From: a virus
Lineage: Duplodnaviria; Caudoviricetes
Length of the DNA: 59,060 bases
Strand: one strand, 5' to 3'
Virus record (IMG/VR): IMGVR_UViG_3300045996_002405
Coordinates: 1-59,060 of that record
Shown in pieces: positions 9,971-18,731 of the stretch; the stretch's first letter is position 1, and the number at the start of each line of letters is the position of its first letter. The position numbers and the translations under genes were made by a program. The notes under the pieces are model-generated. The model was given only the letters and a program-made list of their open reading frames with translations. It had not been told where the DNA came from and searched no databases.

Positions 9971-10293
9971 CGCGTCACCTCGGCAGGGCAGGGCAGCGGC
10001 GTGAGCTCGTCGCCCTGCAGATCGAAGTCGTCGACCTCCTGGTTCAGCGCGGCCGATACAGCGTCGGCGGGCAGCGCGACGAACCTGAACGAGTACGGCT
10101 CGCCCGGCATCCCGCACGTGACGTCGTACCCGGTGATCGGGTCGCCGCGGCCGTCCTGCACGGGGGAGACCTCGACGATGCGCCACTGATCGGTGTCGTC
10201 GATCGGCAACATCGAGTCCCGTATCCCCCCCGGACCGCCGAGCAGGATCACCCCCGCCGCGACCACGGCACCGGCTACCACGCGGCCGCTCAT
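9967..10293 (-). CDS. Hypothetical protein with N-terminal hydrophobic segment
   Basis: ATGA-coupled start MSGRVVAGAVVAAGVILLG. Confidence 0.6.
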   Translation of the reverse strand: MSGRVVAGAVVAAGVILLGGPGGIRDSMLPIDDTDQWRIVEVSPVQDGRGDPITGYDVTCGMPGEPYSFRFVALPADAVSAALNQEVDDFDLQGDELTPLPCPAEVTR

Positions 10294-10952
10294 CGCTGCA
10301 CCGCCGGCGCGGTGTCGGTGAGGCCCAGCGCGGAGTCGGACACCATCGACAGGCGCCGGACCGCTTCCGGCCACGTCAGCCCGCCCTCGATCGGCGGCGC
10401 GTCGGCGTCCGGCGAGATGGCGTAGGACCACGTGACCCGCAGCCGGTCGTCGGTGATCGTCGGCCACAGCTCACCGGCCCAGCGGCCGCGCGCCTCACCG
10501 GTGTACGGCGGCCGCGCCCCGCCCGCGGTGAGCAGCACGCACCCCCGGTCGTGATCCGGCCACGCCGAGCGGTACCTGCCGTCCGCCGTGGTCAGCACGG
10601 CACCGCCCCCGCCCATCACCACGGTGCAGCTCACCGACCCCTCGTGGTACTGCTGCTCGTCCTGCGGCACCAGCAGCCACGCCTCGGCATTGCGCCGCGC
10701 GGCCGTGATGTTCGATCCCAGTTCCGGGCCCAGCGGGTAGGCGACGTGCTGCGCCTCGGCCCAGTCGTCGTCGGTCAGGTGCGGGTGCTCCCGGAAGTGC
10801 CACCCGGGGTAGGTGCGGCCGAGCTCGCGCGCCCACCGGGCGCTGACCTTGACGAGCTGGTGCAGGCGGTCACCGTGGCGCACCGCGCCGTACCGGCCTT
10901 CGGCCGTGGGCGTCCACCGCAGAAGGCTGCCGAACCACCGCCTGCCGCTCAT
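10290..10952 (-). CDS. Hypothetical protein
   Basis: ATGA coupling at both ends; 220 aa. Confidence 0.7.
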   Translation of the reverse strand: MSGRRWFGSLLRWTPTAEGRYGAVRHGDRLHQLVKVSARWARELGRTYPGWHFREHPHLTDDDWAEAQHVAYPLGPELGSNITAARRNAEAWLLVPQDEQQYHEGSVSCTVVMGGGGAVLTTADGRYRSAWPDHDRGCVLLTAGGARPPYTGEARGRWAGELWPTITDDRLRVTWSYAISPDADAPPIEGGLTWPEAVRRLSMVSDSALGLTDTAPAVQR

Positions 10953-11215
10953 GAGCTGAACTCCTCGGTGGACGGAACCGCGGGGCGGGGGAGCGCGGCC
11001 GTGCGGACGCGGTCGAGCAGTGTCACGGCGGCGGCGTGAGCGTCCTCGTGCGACGGCGTGCCGCCGGTGGTCGTGAGGTACATGTGCGGGTTGGGGATCT
11101 CGCCTGCCAGGGGGGGCACGCTCGTCCAGGTCATGAACTCAGGTCCTTCCGATGGGGTGTGGTGGGCGGGCACGGACTCGTCGGCCTGCAACCAGGTTTC
11201 GATCAGCTTGATCAC
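10949..11215 (-). CDS. Hypothetical protein
   Basis: Coupled 88-aa ORF. Confidence 0.6.
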   Translation of the reverse strand: MIKLIETWLQADESVPAHHTPSEGPEFMTWTSVPPLAGEIPNPHMYLTTTGGTPSHEDAHAAAVTLLDRVRTAALPRPAVPSTEEFSS

Positions 11216-11658
11216 GACGTCGTTTCCGTGACGGGCTGCCCGGCCTGCGCGTCGGCAACCTGAGCTAGGGCGCGCATCAGGGTCGTGGACGCCGTCGCCG
11301 GTTGGGCCAGCACCACGCGAGCGACCTGCCGCAGCAACCGCTGATGCACATCGTGCGATGCCTTGCTGAGCTCGACGAGGTGAGAGGCCAGCTCGACCCG
11401 GTTGGCCAGCTGCTCACGGTCGGGCGCGACGGTGACGCGGCGGCGCAGGACGAGGTCTAGCGCATCGACGCGGCTGCCCGCCTGGTCGAGCGCGGGCAGG
11501 TGCAGACCGAGCACGCCGGCGTCGACGAGCGCGGCGAACAGGTCCAGGACGTCGGCGGCAGCGGCGATCAGCTCGTCGCTGTGCAGGGTCGAGTCGCGGA
11601 CGAGCTTGGCGGTCTTCTGGTACTGCACCGCGTCGGTGTGGCCTGGGTCGAACGGCAT
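11212..11658 (-). CDS. Hypothetical protein
   Basis: 148-aa helical ORF with an upstream CCCCACCACCAG motif. Confidence 0.7.
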   Translation of the reverse strand: MPFDPGHTDAVQYQKTAKLVRDSTLHSDELIAAAADVLDLFAALVDAGVLGLHLPALDQAGSRVDALDLVLRRRVTVAPDREQLANRVELASHLVELSKASHDVHQRLLRQVARVVLAQPATASTTLMRALAQVADAQAGQPVTETTS

Positions 11659-11761
11659 GGGAGGAGTCCCTGTCTGGTGGTGGGGTGTGCAGTGGTGATC
11701 AGTGCTGATCAGTCATCAGCCGCGGCGAGCAGCGCGAGGTGCTCGCGCTGCTCGCCGTCCA

Positions 11762-12577
11762 TCAGGAGACCTGCTCGGAGCTGGTCTGGCCGTACTCGGC
11801 ACGCAGGTCGGCGATGAGCTGCGCGCGGTCCGGCGTCAGCGGGTGCACGTAGATCACGCGGCGGCCCTTCTCCAGTGCGTCGATGTTGACGCTCCACACC
11901 AGTCCGGCGACCTCGTCGACGTGGATCTCCCGACCGGTCCGGTCGTCCGGGCCGAGCGGGACGGCGACAGCGCCGTCAGCGACGGCGTCGGCGCTGTTGC
12001 TGTCCGGCCGGTACGTCGAGTCAGAGCTGAACTCCTGGTGGACGCGCGTGCGGAGCTGTTCGCGCCGCTTGCGGGTGTCGAACTCGTTGCGACGCCGGTC
12101 GTTCTCGGCGTCGACGTCGTCCTGCGTCGCAGCGCGGACACGCGCGATGTAGAGGTAGCCGCGGTCTTCGCCGACGCCGTAGGTCAGCCCGTCCTCGTCG
12201 TAGTACTCGCGGATGACCTCGACGGGCACGACGAGCCCGGAACGGTCGCCGTTGAGTTCGTCGCGCTGGCGGAGGGTCGTGAAGGTCGGGTTGCTGGCAG
12301 GCTGCCAGCGTGCGCTGACGACGCGGCCGACGATGAGCGGCGAGATCCGCGGGTTGCGGAGGTCGCCGGATCCTCGGGTCACGATCACCTCGTCGTCCCC
12401 GGTGCGTGTGCGGAGGGCGTGAACGGGGTCGGTGGTCGAGGACTTGCCGGCCGACGTGGCGGAGCCCCGGATCTCGGTGACCGACGACACGGTGCAGGGG
12501 GTTCCGTCGGCGTAGCGACCGACCGCGACGTCGACGTCCGGGTCCGGGTTCTGCGGGGGTATTGGCATAACACGCAT
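11762..12577 (-). CDS. Hypothetical protein (start at 12577 or 12568)
   Basis: Protein-like from MRVMPIPPQNPD onward; upstream region is AT-rich and regulatory. Confidence 0.65.
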   Translation of the reverse strand: MRVMPIPPQNPDPDVDVAVGRYADGTPCTVSSVTEIRGSATSAGKSSTTDPVHALRTRTGDDEVIVTRGSGDLRNPRISPLIVGRVVSARWQPASNPTFTTLRQRDELNGDRSGLVVPVEVIREYYDEDGLTYGVGEDRGYLYIARVRAATQDDVDAENDRRRNEFDTRKRREQLRTRVHQEFSSDSTYRPDSNSADAVADGAVAVPLGPDDRTGREIHVDEVAGLVWSVNIDALEKGRRVIYVHPLTPDRAQLIADLRAEYGQTSSEQVS

Positions 12578-12587
12578 TATGCCAATA
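12560..12587. other. dif-like tyrosine-recombinase site (11-6-11)
   Basis: TATTGGCATAA-CACGCA-TTATGCCAATA: perfect 11-bp arms and 6-bp spacer; inner GCATAA-N6-TTATG matches canonical dif. Confidence 0.65.
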
Positions 12588-12905
12588 CCCCCTAGTTTTT
12601 CTACAAGCTCTAGGGTTCGTCCGTTTCGGTGATGTCCGGACACTTCCCGCATTTCTGCTGGCAATCGGCAGATCAGCTCGACCAACCCTGCGACCAGTTC
12701 ACGAACTGCTCGCACGTCCTGCTGATCACCAACCATGCGGTCTGGACGTGAAACGGCCCCGCCGGTCGGCTGCGGGGGGTGCAGTCGACCGGCGGGGCCG
12801 TTGGGGTGCCGCTCGGCTCCCGGGGGGAGGAACCGCTGCGCTCGCACGGTAGAGCTGTCGGCGGCCGCGCCGGATACACGTCCGACCGGACGTCACCCGA
12901 TCGAG

Positions 12906-13307
12906 TTACGCGAACAGCGCGAACTGCCCGCCCTCGTCGCGCGCGGGCTGCTCGGTGAGGACCCGGTGCCGGTTCGGGTGGCACGTGCACGGACACCGGT
13001 AGCGGCACACCCGGTCGGCGAGCCACACCCGCACCGTCGATCCGCGAGCGTGCCGCGGCTTCGTGTCGCCCGGGTAACTCACGACGACGGTCCCGGACCG
13101 ATCGCACAGGTACGTCTCGCACGTGGGCATCAGCGCGCCGGTGCACCGGCCGTGCTGCGTGCCCGAGCAGTGACCGGTCGGGCCGGCCTGGCACGCGCAC
13201 GTCGTCGCGGCCTGCGGCACGTCGTGGTGCACCTGGCGCTGTCGAGGCGTCCAGGCGTTCTCGCGAATCCAGGCGGCGCGCTCGTCGTCGAACGGCGGGC
13301 TCACCAC
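12906..13307 (-). CDS. Cys-rich protein (DUF6248-like) with C-terminal QFALF
   Basis: AAWIRENAW...CACQ.G....C...H..C...VWLADRVCRYRCPC pattern. Confidence 0.65.
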   Translation of the reverse strand: MVSPPFDDERAAWIRENAWTPRQRQVHHDVPQAATTCACQAGPTGHCSGTQHGRCTGALMPTCETYLCDRSGTVVVSYPGDTKPRHARGSTVRVWLADRVCRYRCPCTCHPNRHRVLTEQPARDEGGQFALFA

Positions 13308-13564
13308 GGGCCGACGCTGAACCGCTCGCGCTCGTCACCGTCGCGGCCGATGACCATCTCCGCCTTGTCGACCTCGACGGTGACGGTCTCGCCGAGCACG
13401 ACGACGGCGTTGCGGTCGACCAGCTCGACGATCACGACGTCGGACCCGGGGTCGTCGGGCTCGCGTGCGGTGACCCACTCGGACACGGCGTTGATCCAGC
13501 CGATCACGGCGTCGCGGTTGAGCAGGGTCAAGGTGATCTGGTTGTCGGTCTGCGGTTCGGACAC
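13301..13564 (-). CDS. Hypothetical protein
   Basis: RBS AGGAG before GTG (VSEPQTDNQITL...). Confidence 0.6.
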   Translation of the reverse strand: MSEPQTDNQITLTLLNRDAVIGWINAVSEWVTAREPDDPGSDVVIVELVDRNAVVVLGETVTVEVDKAEMVIGRDGDERERFSVGPW

Positions 13565-13572
13565 GGGATCTC

Positions 13573-13944
13573 CTAGGGGATGAGGTCGGTCAGGGCGATC
13601 TGGTCGGGGTCGAAGTCGGCTGGCCGCGGCTCGCGGCCGGTGGTGCAGTCCGGGCACCAGAAGCGGCGCCGGTGCTCTTCCACGTGCCAGCCGGACGAGC
13701 GCGCGAGCGCGGCCGCGGCGGACCAGGACGGGCAGTGCGCGGCGACGAGGTCGACCAGGTGTCCGCACGCGACGCAGGCGGCGCTCACGCACCGCTCGTT
13801 CGCACGGGACACCTGGCGGCCCGTCGCCGCGGCGGCGGCACGGGTCGAGTGGTGCTGGCCCGCTGCGATCCAGCACCGCTCGCCGACGGCGTACGGGTAG
13901 TCGGTCAGCGCCGGTACCGCCTGTCGATCCAGCGGGTGATCCAC
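13573..13944 (-). CDS. Putative zinc-finger protein
   Basis: CVACG ... WCPDC motifs. Confidence 0.55.
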   Translation of the reverse strand: MDHPLDRQAVPALTDYPYAVGERCWIAAGQHHSTRAAAAATGRQVSRANERCVSAACVACGHLVDLVAAHCPSWSAAAALARSSGWHVEEHRRRFWCPDCTTGREPRPADFDPDQIALTDLIP

Positions 13945-14204
13945 TGCGCGGGGTCGCCGTGCCGGTGGCTGATCGCGTCGAGCACCGTTGGATCTCCCTC
14001 CTGGAACCAGGCCGACAGGTCGTCGAGCACCGAGACGGGGTCCTGCTCACGGCGGGTCAGCTCGGACAGCTGGACGGCCAACAGCTCGAAGCTGGGGGAG
14101 GCGATCACGGGATCGGCCAGGACGCGTGGCAGGGAGTCGTCCACAAAGCGGACGGCGTTCTGCACCTGCTGCTCTCGGAGGCGCTGCTGCTCATGGGTGG
14201 GCAC
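13905..14204 (-). CDS. Hypothetical protein
   Basis: RBS GAAGGAG before GTG (VPTHEQQRLREQ...). Confidence 0.6.
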   Translation of the reverse strand: MPTHEQQRLREQQVQNAVRFVDDSLPRVLADPVIASPSFELLAVQLSELTRREQDPVSVLDDLSAWFQEGDPTVLDAISHRHGDPAQWITRWIDRRYRR

Positions 14205-14501
14205 GGGGCTCCTTCGCGCTGGTGAGGAGATGATGAGCGCGAGCCCCGACCAGCGGCGGGAGGTCTGCCGGTCGGGGCTCGCTGGTTGGTCACCGCGCGT
14301 TGAGGGAGTCGCGCGGTGACCTGGCTGGGGGCGCGGAGAGCGACGGCGGTCGGGGTCACAGGACCGCCGTCGCCCTCTCGCTGGCAGGGCCGGTCGCGCG
14401 CCGGGGGGCTGGGGGGGGAGCCCGCCCGGTCGGGGGCCGCGCTGACCGGCCGTGGTCGGACCGGTCGGGTCGGGGGAAGGAGACACCCGACCCGACCGGG
14501 G

Positions 14502-14933
14502 TCAGCTGGCCCGCAGCTGGTGCCAACCGGTCGGGTGCCGGTCGCCGTCGCACAGGCCGATGGTGTCGCCCTGCACACCGCAGGTGAGGCAGGCGAAGTC
14601 GACGTCGGGGTCGGTGCAGCCGTCGAGGGTCGCGACGCGGTGCAGGGCGCCGGTGAAGTGCTCGACGTCCTCGAACGTGGCGGTCACGCCGTCGGGGAGC
14701 GTGGACGTGCTCCACAGCAGGCCGCAGAGGGTCAGCACGTCGTCGAACTGCCGCGCCTGGATCGGGGCGTCGGTGAAGCGGGTCCGCGTCCAGCCCGCAC
14801 CGGCGAACCAGATCAGGTCGTCGTTGCCGGGGACCAGACGGACGTCCGTGACCAGCCGCAGGACGTCGCCGATCACGACCTGTGAGCCGCGCCGGACGTC
14901 CGCGGTGGTGACGATCCGCATCGTGTCGCTCAT
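14502..14933 (-). CDS. Hypothetical protein, first gene downstream of the 14.97-kb promoter
   Basis: 143 aa; directly follows a TTGACC-17-TAGGGT promoter. Confidence 0.7.
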   Translation of the reverse strand: MSDTMRIVTTADVRRGSQVVIGDVLRLVTDVRLVPGNDDLIWFAGAGWTRTRFTDAPIQARQFDDVLTLCGLLWSTSTLPDGVTATFEDVEHFTGALHRVATLDGCTDPDVDFACLTCGVQGDTIGLCDGDRHPTGWHQLRAS

Positions 14934-14944
14934 CCCAACCCCTT

Positions 14945-15056
14945 AACCCTAGACTTTCTACCAACACAACTAACCCTAGGGTTTACAGGGGAACGGGTCA
15001 AGCCCCTTCGTGTGATCGGCCAGACTTCCCCTGGTATCCCCACTAACGGTAGGGTT
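14945..15056. promoter_or_regulatory. Divergent promoter region with three AACCCTAGGGTT-type operators
   Basis: Operators at 14945-14956 (partial), 14972-14983 (perfect) and 15045-15056 (AACGGTAGGGTT). Leftward promoter TTGACC(15001-14996)-17 bp-TAGGGT; rightward TAGGGT 7 nt before ATG 15063. Confidence 0.8.
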
Positions 15057-15062
15057 AGGCGT

Positions 15063-15374
15063 ATGACTGATGCGCCGAACGATGAGTCGCTGGTGTTCCG
15101 GTTCCAGCCGCCGGCTGACCGCGAACAGACCCCTGACCTGCGCAGGGCGAGCCAGCTCAACGCCGACGAGCTGCGGCGCGTCCTCGGCGGCCGGCTCGAA
15201 CGCGCGACGCATCGCAACGAGCCGACGCAAATCTGGAAGCACGGCGAGGAAGTGGCGGTGCTGGTCGGGACCGAGTGGTTCTGGGAGGCGAACGAGCTGA
15301 TGCGGCGTGCCGGACGACCTCACGCGCACACGGAGTTCGACCCCCTGCCCCGACGGGAGTCCCCGCGCACGTAG
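15063..15374 (+). CDS. Orphan Phd/YefM-fold DNA-binding protein (candidate repressor)
   Basis: LNADELRRVLGGRLERATHRNEPTQIWKHGEEVAVLVGTEWF matches the Phd/YefM pattern; only clear plus-strand gene in the 15-kb minus-strand arm; probably leaderless. Confidence 0.65.
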   Translation: MTDAPNDESLVFRFQPPADREQTPDLRRASQLNADELRRVLGGRLERATHRNEPTQIWKHGEEVAVLVGTEWFWEANELMRRAGRPHAHTEFDPLPRRESPRT

Positions 15375-15388
15375 CGCGACCTCGGCCA

Positions 15389-15497
15389 CCGGCGCACGAC
15401 GAAGCCCCCGGACCACCACGGTCCGGGGGCTTCGTCGTGCGCCGGGCGCTCGTCGACGACGCACGAGCCCCCGGCACCACGTGGTGCCGGGGGCTCG
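15389..15497. terminator. Two tandem hairpins between convergent genes
   Basis: Inverted repeats at 15389-15445 and 15464-15497. Confidence 0.75.
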
Positions 15498-15510
15498 AGA
15501 TCCGGGCCGC

Positions 15511-15738
15511 TCAGTCGAACAGGTCGCGCAACTGCTGCTGCTCGTCGACGTGGTCCAGCACCAGACCGACGCGCTCGCGCAGCTGGGGTGCGCGCGGCGG
15601 GGTGTAGCAGCCTTCCACACCGGCGACGTGCGACTGCATCACCGGGCGCCACCCGGCGTCGTAGGAGTCGCGATACCACCGCGCGAGCATCTCGACGTCG
15701 TCGGCCGACAGCGTGCGCAGCGCACGTGAGCGGTTCAC
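15511..15738 (-). CDS. Small hypothetical protein ending QLRDLFD
   Basis: GTGA-coupled start VNRSRALRTL. Confidence 0.6.
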   Translation of the reverse strand: MNRSRALRTLSADDVEMLARWYRDSYDAGWRPVMQSHVAGVEGCYTPPRAPQLRERVGLVLDHVDEQQQLRDLFD

Positions 15739-16190
15739 GGCTGCACCTTCCTGATCTGCGCGGCCGCCATGTTGGCCGCGCGGGCGCGTGCGTCCCGGCT
15801 GGCGAACTCGGTGCTCGTCAGGTGCGGGGCGACCTGGATGCGCTGCACCAGGACGTCGGCGTGCCCTCCCTCGGGGGAGAGCATCACCCAGCGCAGGTCG
15901 ATCACCGGGGGCTGCAGCGGCATGTCGGTCTCCGCCGAGGCCCACCGGTCGAGGGCGAACAGCGCGGCGTCGGACTGCTCGTCGAACTCGCGGCCGAGGT
16001 CGTAGACGTTGGGCACGGCGTAGTAGCGGCGGATCAGCTTCGAGCCGACAGCGATGAGACCGAGCACGGTTTCCCCCGTGGACATGGTGCGGGCGCGGTC
16101 CGCGCCCGCTGGACTTTGAGCGGTGGACTGCCGAGCGGGTGCACAGCACGCGCAGTGCGCGCCGTGCACCCTGGCGACGGGCTGGGTCAT
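15735..16190 (-). CDS. Hypothetical protein
   Basis: ATGA-coupled start MTQPVARVHG. Confidence 0.6.
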   Translation of the reverse strand: MTQPVARVHGAHCACCAPARQSTAQSPAGADRARTMSTGETVLGLIAVGSKLIRRYYAVPNVYDLGREFDEQSDAALFALDRWASAETDMPLQPPVIDLRWVMLSPEGGHADVLVQRIQVAPHLTSTEFASRDARARAANMAAAQIRKVQP

Positions 16191-16513
16191 CGGGTCAGCA
16201 GCGCCGTGGTGGCGCACTCGACGGCCGCGGGGATGGACAGGTCGGCCAGCGTCACGCCGGACTCGATCTCGCTGGTGAGGGTCCAGGTCAGGACGTCGTC
16301 GCGGCCGTCGACCGGCTGGCTGACCAGGCACCAGCGGTGCTCGTTGCGCTCGGTGGTCAGGACGAGGGCGGAGCCGGGGACGTCGTGCCGGGCGACCCAC
16401 GTCGCGCCGAGCACGGTCACCGTGTAGTCCACCTGCGCGCCGGTGTGGTCGACGGCGTCGGGGCCGGTGCGCACGACTGCGGGGTTCGGGCGGGGGACGG
16501 TCAGCTGGGACAT
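16187..16513 (-). CDS. Hypothetical protein
   Basis: RBS GAAGGA; 108 aa. Confidence 0.65.
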   Translation of the reverse strand: MSQLTVPRPNPAVVRTGPDAVDHTGAQVDYTVTVLGATWVARHDVPGSALVLTTERNEHRWCLVSQPVDGRDDVLTWTLTSEIESGVTLADLSIPAAVECATTALLTR

Positions 16514-16563
16514 GTGGCGTTCCTTCGAGGTCGTGTTCTTCGGGGTCAGGGCGGTCGGGGTGG

Positions 16564-16824
16564 TCAGCGGCCGAACTTCGGGGCGGCGGTCAGGGTGCGG
16601 CGGGCGCGGTCCTGGCGACCGGCGCTCACGGCGTCCTCGACGCGGTAGAGCGTCAGCAGTGCGGTGTCGTGGTCGAGGGCCGCGCGGGCGAGCGCGATCA
16701 GCGCGGCCCGGTCAGCGCCGTCGAACTGCTCGACGAGGTCGGGGACCTGAACGCAGGTGGCCCGGATCCACGCGATGATCTTCCGTTCGGTCGCGCGGAC
16801 GGGGTGCGGGTAGTTGGTCTTCAC
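16564..16824 (-). CDS. Hypothetical protein
   Basis: RBS AGGAGG; downstream of an operator-promoter. Confidence 0.7.
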   Translation of the reverse strand: MKTNYPHPVRATERKIIAWIRATCVQVPDLVEQFDGADRAALIALARAALDHDTALLTLYRVEDAVSAGRQDRARRTLTAAPKFGR

Positions 16825-16855
16825 CGGTCGCCCTCCTAACTCTGGTATCGCTAGT

Positions 16856-16885
16856 AACCCTAGGGCTAGATGGGGTGGAAATCAA
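16856..16885 (-). promoter_or_regulatory. Promoter TTGATT-17-TAGGGT with overlapping operator AACCCTAGGGCT
   Basis: Operator 16856-16867; -35 at 16885-16880. Confidence 0.75.
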
Positions 16886-16917
16886 CCGGGTTGGTGAAGT
16901 TCTTGCAGGCCAGAGAG

Positions 16918-17388
16918 CTAGGCGAGCAGCGCGAGACTCTTCGCGGCTTGCTTCTGGTAGCCGATTCCCGGCGCCGCTTCGTAGACGTCGTGGGTTACGA
17001 CCCATGACGTCTCGACGCGCTCGGCCGCGTCCGCCAGGCGCACGCGGTACGCGGCGGGCAGGAAGCACCAGACCTCGACCAGCTCGCGGCCGCCGGTGAC
17101 GTCGGCGAGCTGGTCGGCGAGCTGGTCGATGTCGATCGAGCACGCGTCGCGCATCGTGACGTCGTAGGGGTCGACGACCTGGTCGAGGTCGAGCAGGCCG
17201 TACCGGGCCGACAGGATCATGACGCGGGTCGGACCGCTGGTCGCGGCCGCTTCGGCGACGACGTCGCGGAGGACCTGGCGGAACGCGCTCCCGGTGTAGA
17301 GGTCGCGCGCGGGGGCGGCCGCGGCGAGCTTGGCACCGCCGCAGGGGACGACGAAGACGTTCAGCCGCTCGTCCTGGTCCTGGTGCAC
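16918..17388 (-). CDS. DUF6884-like protein
   Basis: VVPCGGAK...ARDLYTG..F...ILSARYGLL....V.PYDVTM...GIGYQ signature. Confidence 0.7.
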   Translation of the reverse strand: MHQDQDERLNVFVVPCGGAKLAAAAPARDLYTGSAFRQVLRDVVAEAAATSGPTRVMILSARYGLLDLDQVVDPYDVTMRDACSIDIDQLADQLADVTGGRELVEVWCFLPAAYRVRLADAAERVETSWVVTHDVYEAAPGIGYQKQAAKSLALLA

Positions 17389-17406
17389 GGTGCCCCCCTG
17401 GTGTGA

Positions 17407-17439
17407 TGCCCTACCAACACCACAAACCCTAGGGTTTGT
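17407..17439 (-). promoter_or_regulatory. Operator/promoter with 18-bp palindrome ACAAACCCTAGGGTTTGT
   Basis: Palindrome 17422-17439; 28 bp shared with 21431-21458. Confidence 0.8.
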
Positions 17440-17508
17440 ACGGCTATGTCGGTAGACGCCGAACGGGGCGTACCGGCCGGTACGCCCCGTTCGACCAGGG
17501 GGAGAGGG

Positions 17509-17856
17509 TCAGGCGGACAGCTGGAAAAGCACGGCCTGGTCGCCCGGTTCCGGTGTCGCCGGCGTGCTCGCGCGGGCGACGACGTGGTTGCGGCACGCGG
17601 GCCGGCGGCAGGAGATCTCGTCGGACGTCTCGTGCAGCCGGCCGAAGTCCCAGCCGGAGACCCCGACCCGGCACGCGGGCACCATGACGTCGACGCCGAG
17701 GAAGGTCGCCGGGATCACGGCGTGCACGCGGCCGCGGGGACCGACGCGCCCGTTGCGGCCGCCGCGGAACCGCCGCACGAACTCTTCGCTCACCCCGTGC
17801 AGGAACGTGCGTGCGCTCACCAGGGTCAGCGGGTCCGTGTGCGCTGTAGCGCTCAT
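17509..17856 (-). CDS. Hypothetical protein ending QAVLFQLSA
   Basis: MSATAHTDPL start; Cys residues near the C-terminus. Confidence 0.6.
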   Translation of the reverse strand: MSATAHTDPLTLVSARTFLHGVSEEFVRRFRGGRNGRVGPRGRVHAVIPATFLGVDVMVPACRVGVSGWDFGRLHETSDEISCRRPACRNHVVARASTPATPEPGDQAVLFQLSA

Positions 17857-17975
17857 GGCGTCAGTGTGGCAGGTCGCCCAGCTGCTCACTTGCGTCGTTC
17901 GGGTCAATGTCCGGACACAAGTGGTCCCCCTCACACGGACGCGTGAGGGGGACCACCGTGGTGCTGCTCGGGGAG

Positions 17976-18731
17976 CTACTCCGGTGATGGTGCGCCTTGG
18001 TTGAGCGCGGGTGCGCCCTGGTCCAGCAGGTCGTGCCACTGGGCCAGCTCGTGCTGCCAACCGGCCCCGTCTCCGGGGTCGTCGCCGCCGAGACCGAACG
18101 TCACGCCCAGCGCCATGACGAGCGTGGTGGCGATCTGCTGGTGGTGTGCGGCCAGCTGCAGATGACGGTCACCGCGACGAGCCGCGGCGCGGCGTTCGCG
18201 GTCGGACCGCTGCGCGCCGGCGGGCAGCACGACCTCGGCTTCGGCGTAGAGATTCGCCGCGCACGCCGCATGCATCTCGGCGGTCCGCACGTGGTCGGCG
18301 CCGCTGCGTTGACCGGCATCGAGCCGCCAGGTGCACAGTTTCCGCAGCCGTGCGTACTTCGTGCGGGTGCTGTGGCCGTCCCACAGCGCGGCGGGGTGTC
18401 CGGGGTCGACGGTGGGCACGTGGCCGAACACGGTCGCGGCCTGCTCGGCGGGGATGTGCCAGCTCATCTGTCCGACGAGGTTGTTCGTCACGTAGAGCAC
18501 GACGAACCCCGGCCAGCGCGGGTCGTTGTCGCAGAGCACCGCGTGCGAGTCGGGGTCGACGGTCAGCCACTCCAGAACGCGGGAGCGCTCTTCGTACACG
18601 GCGTCGAGCGCGGGCCGAACGGTCTCCCGGTGCAGGATGGTCGCCCACTCACGGGCGACGTCCGCGTACGGCCGGTCGGGGATGCCCTCGGCCAGCAGCT
18701 CGGCCAGTCGGGCGCTCAGGGTGTCGATCAC
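17976..18731 (-). CDS. WDGH-motif phage protein
   Basis: GFVVLYV...GQMSWHIP...WDGHST motif; GTGA coupling. Confidence 0.65.
   Translation of the reverse strand: MIDTLSARLAELLAEGIPDRPYADVAREWATILHRETVRPALDAVYEERSRVLEWLTVDPDSHAVLCDNDPRWPGFVVLYVTNNLVGQMSWHIPAEQAATVFGHVPTVDPGHPAALWDGHSTRTKYARLRKLCTWRLDAGQRSGADHVRTAEMHAACAANLYAEAEVVLPAGAQRSDRERRAAARRGDRHLQLAAHHQQIATTLVMALGVTFGLGGDDPGDGAGWQHELAQWHDLLDQGAPALNQGAPSPE

Noticed and set aside
9334-11762. Two 17-codon coupled micro-ORFs (9334-9387 and 11709-11762, minus strand)
   Set aside because: They are plausible translational couplers but too short to support without expression data.
15063-15374. Type II toxin-antitoxin pair
   Set aside because: No coupled toxin ORF; the gene is followed directly by terminators.
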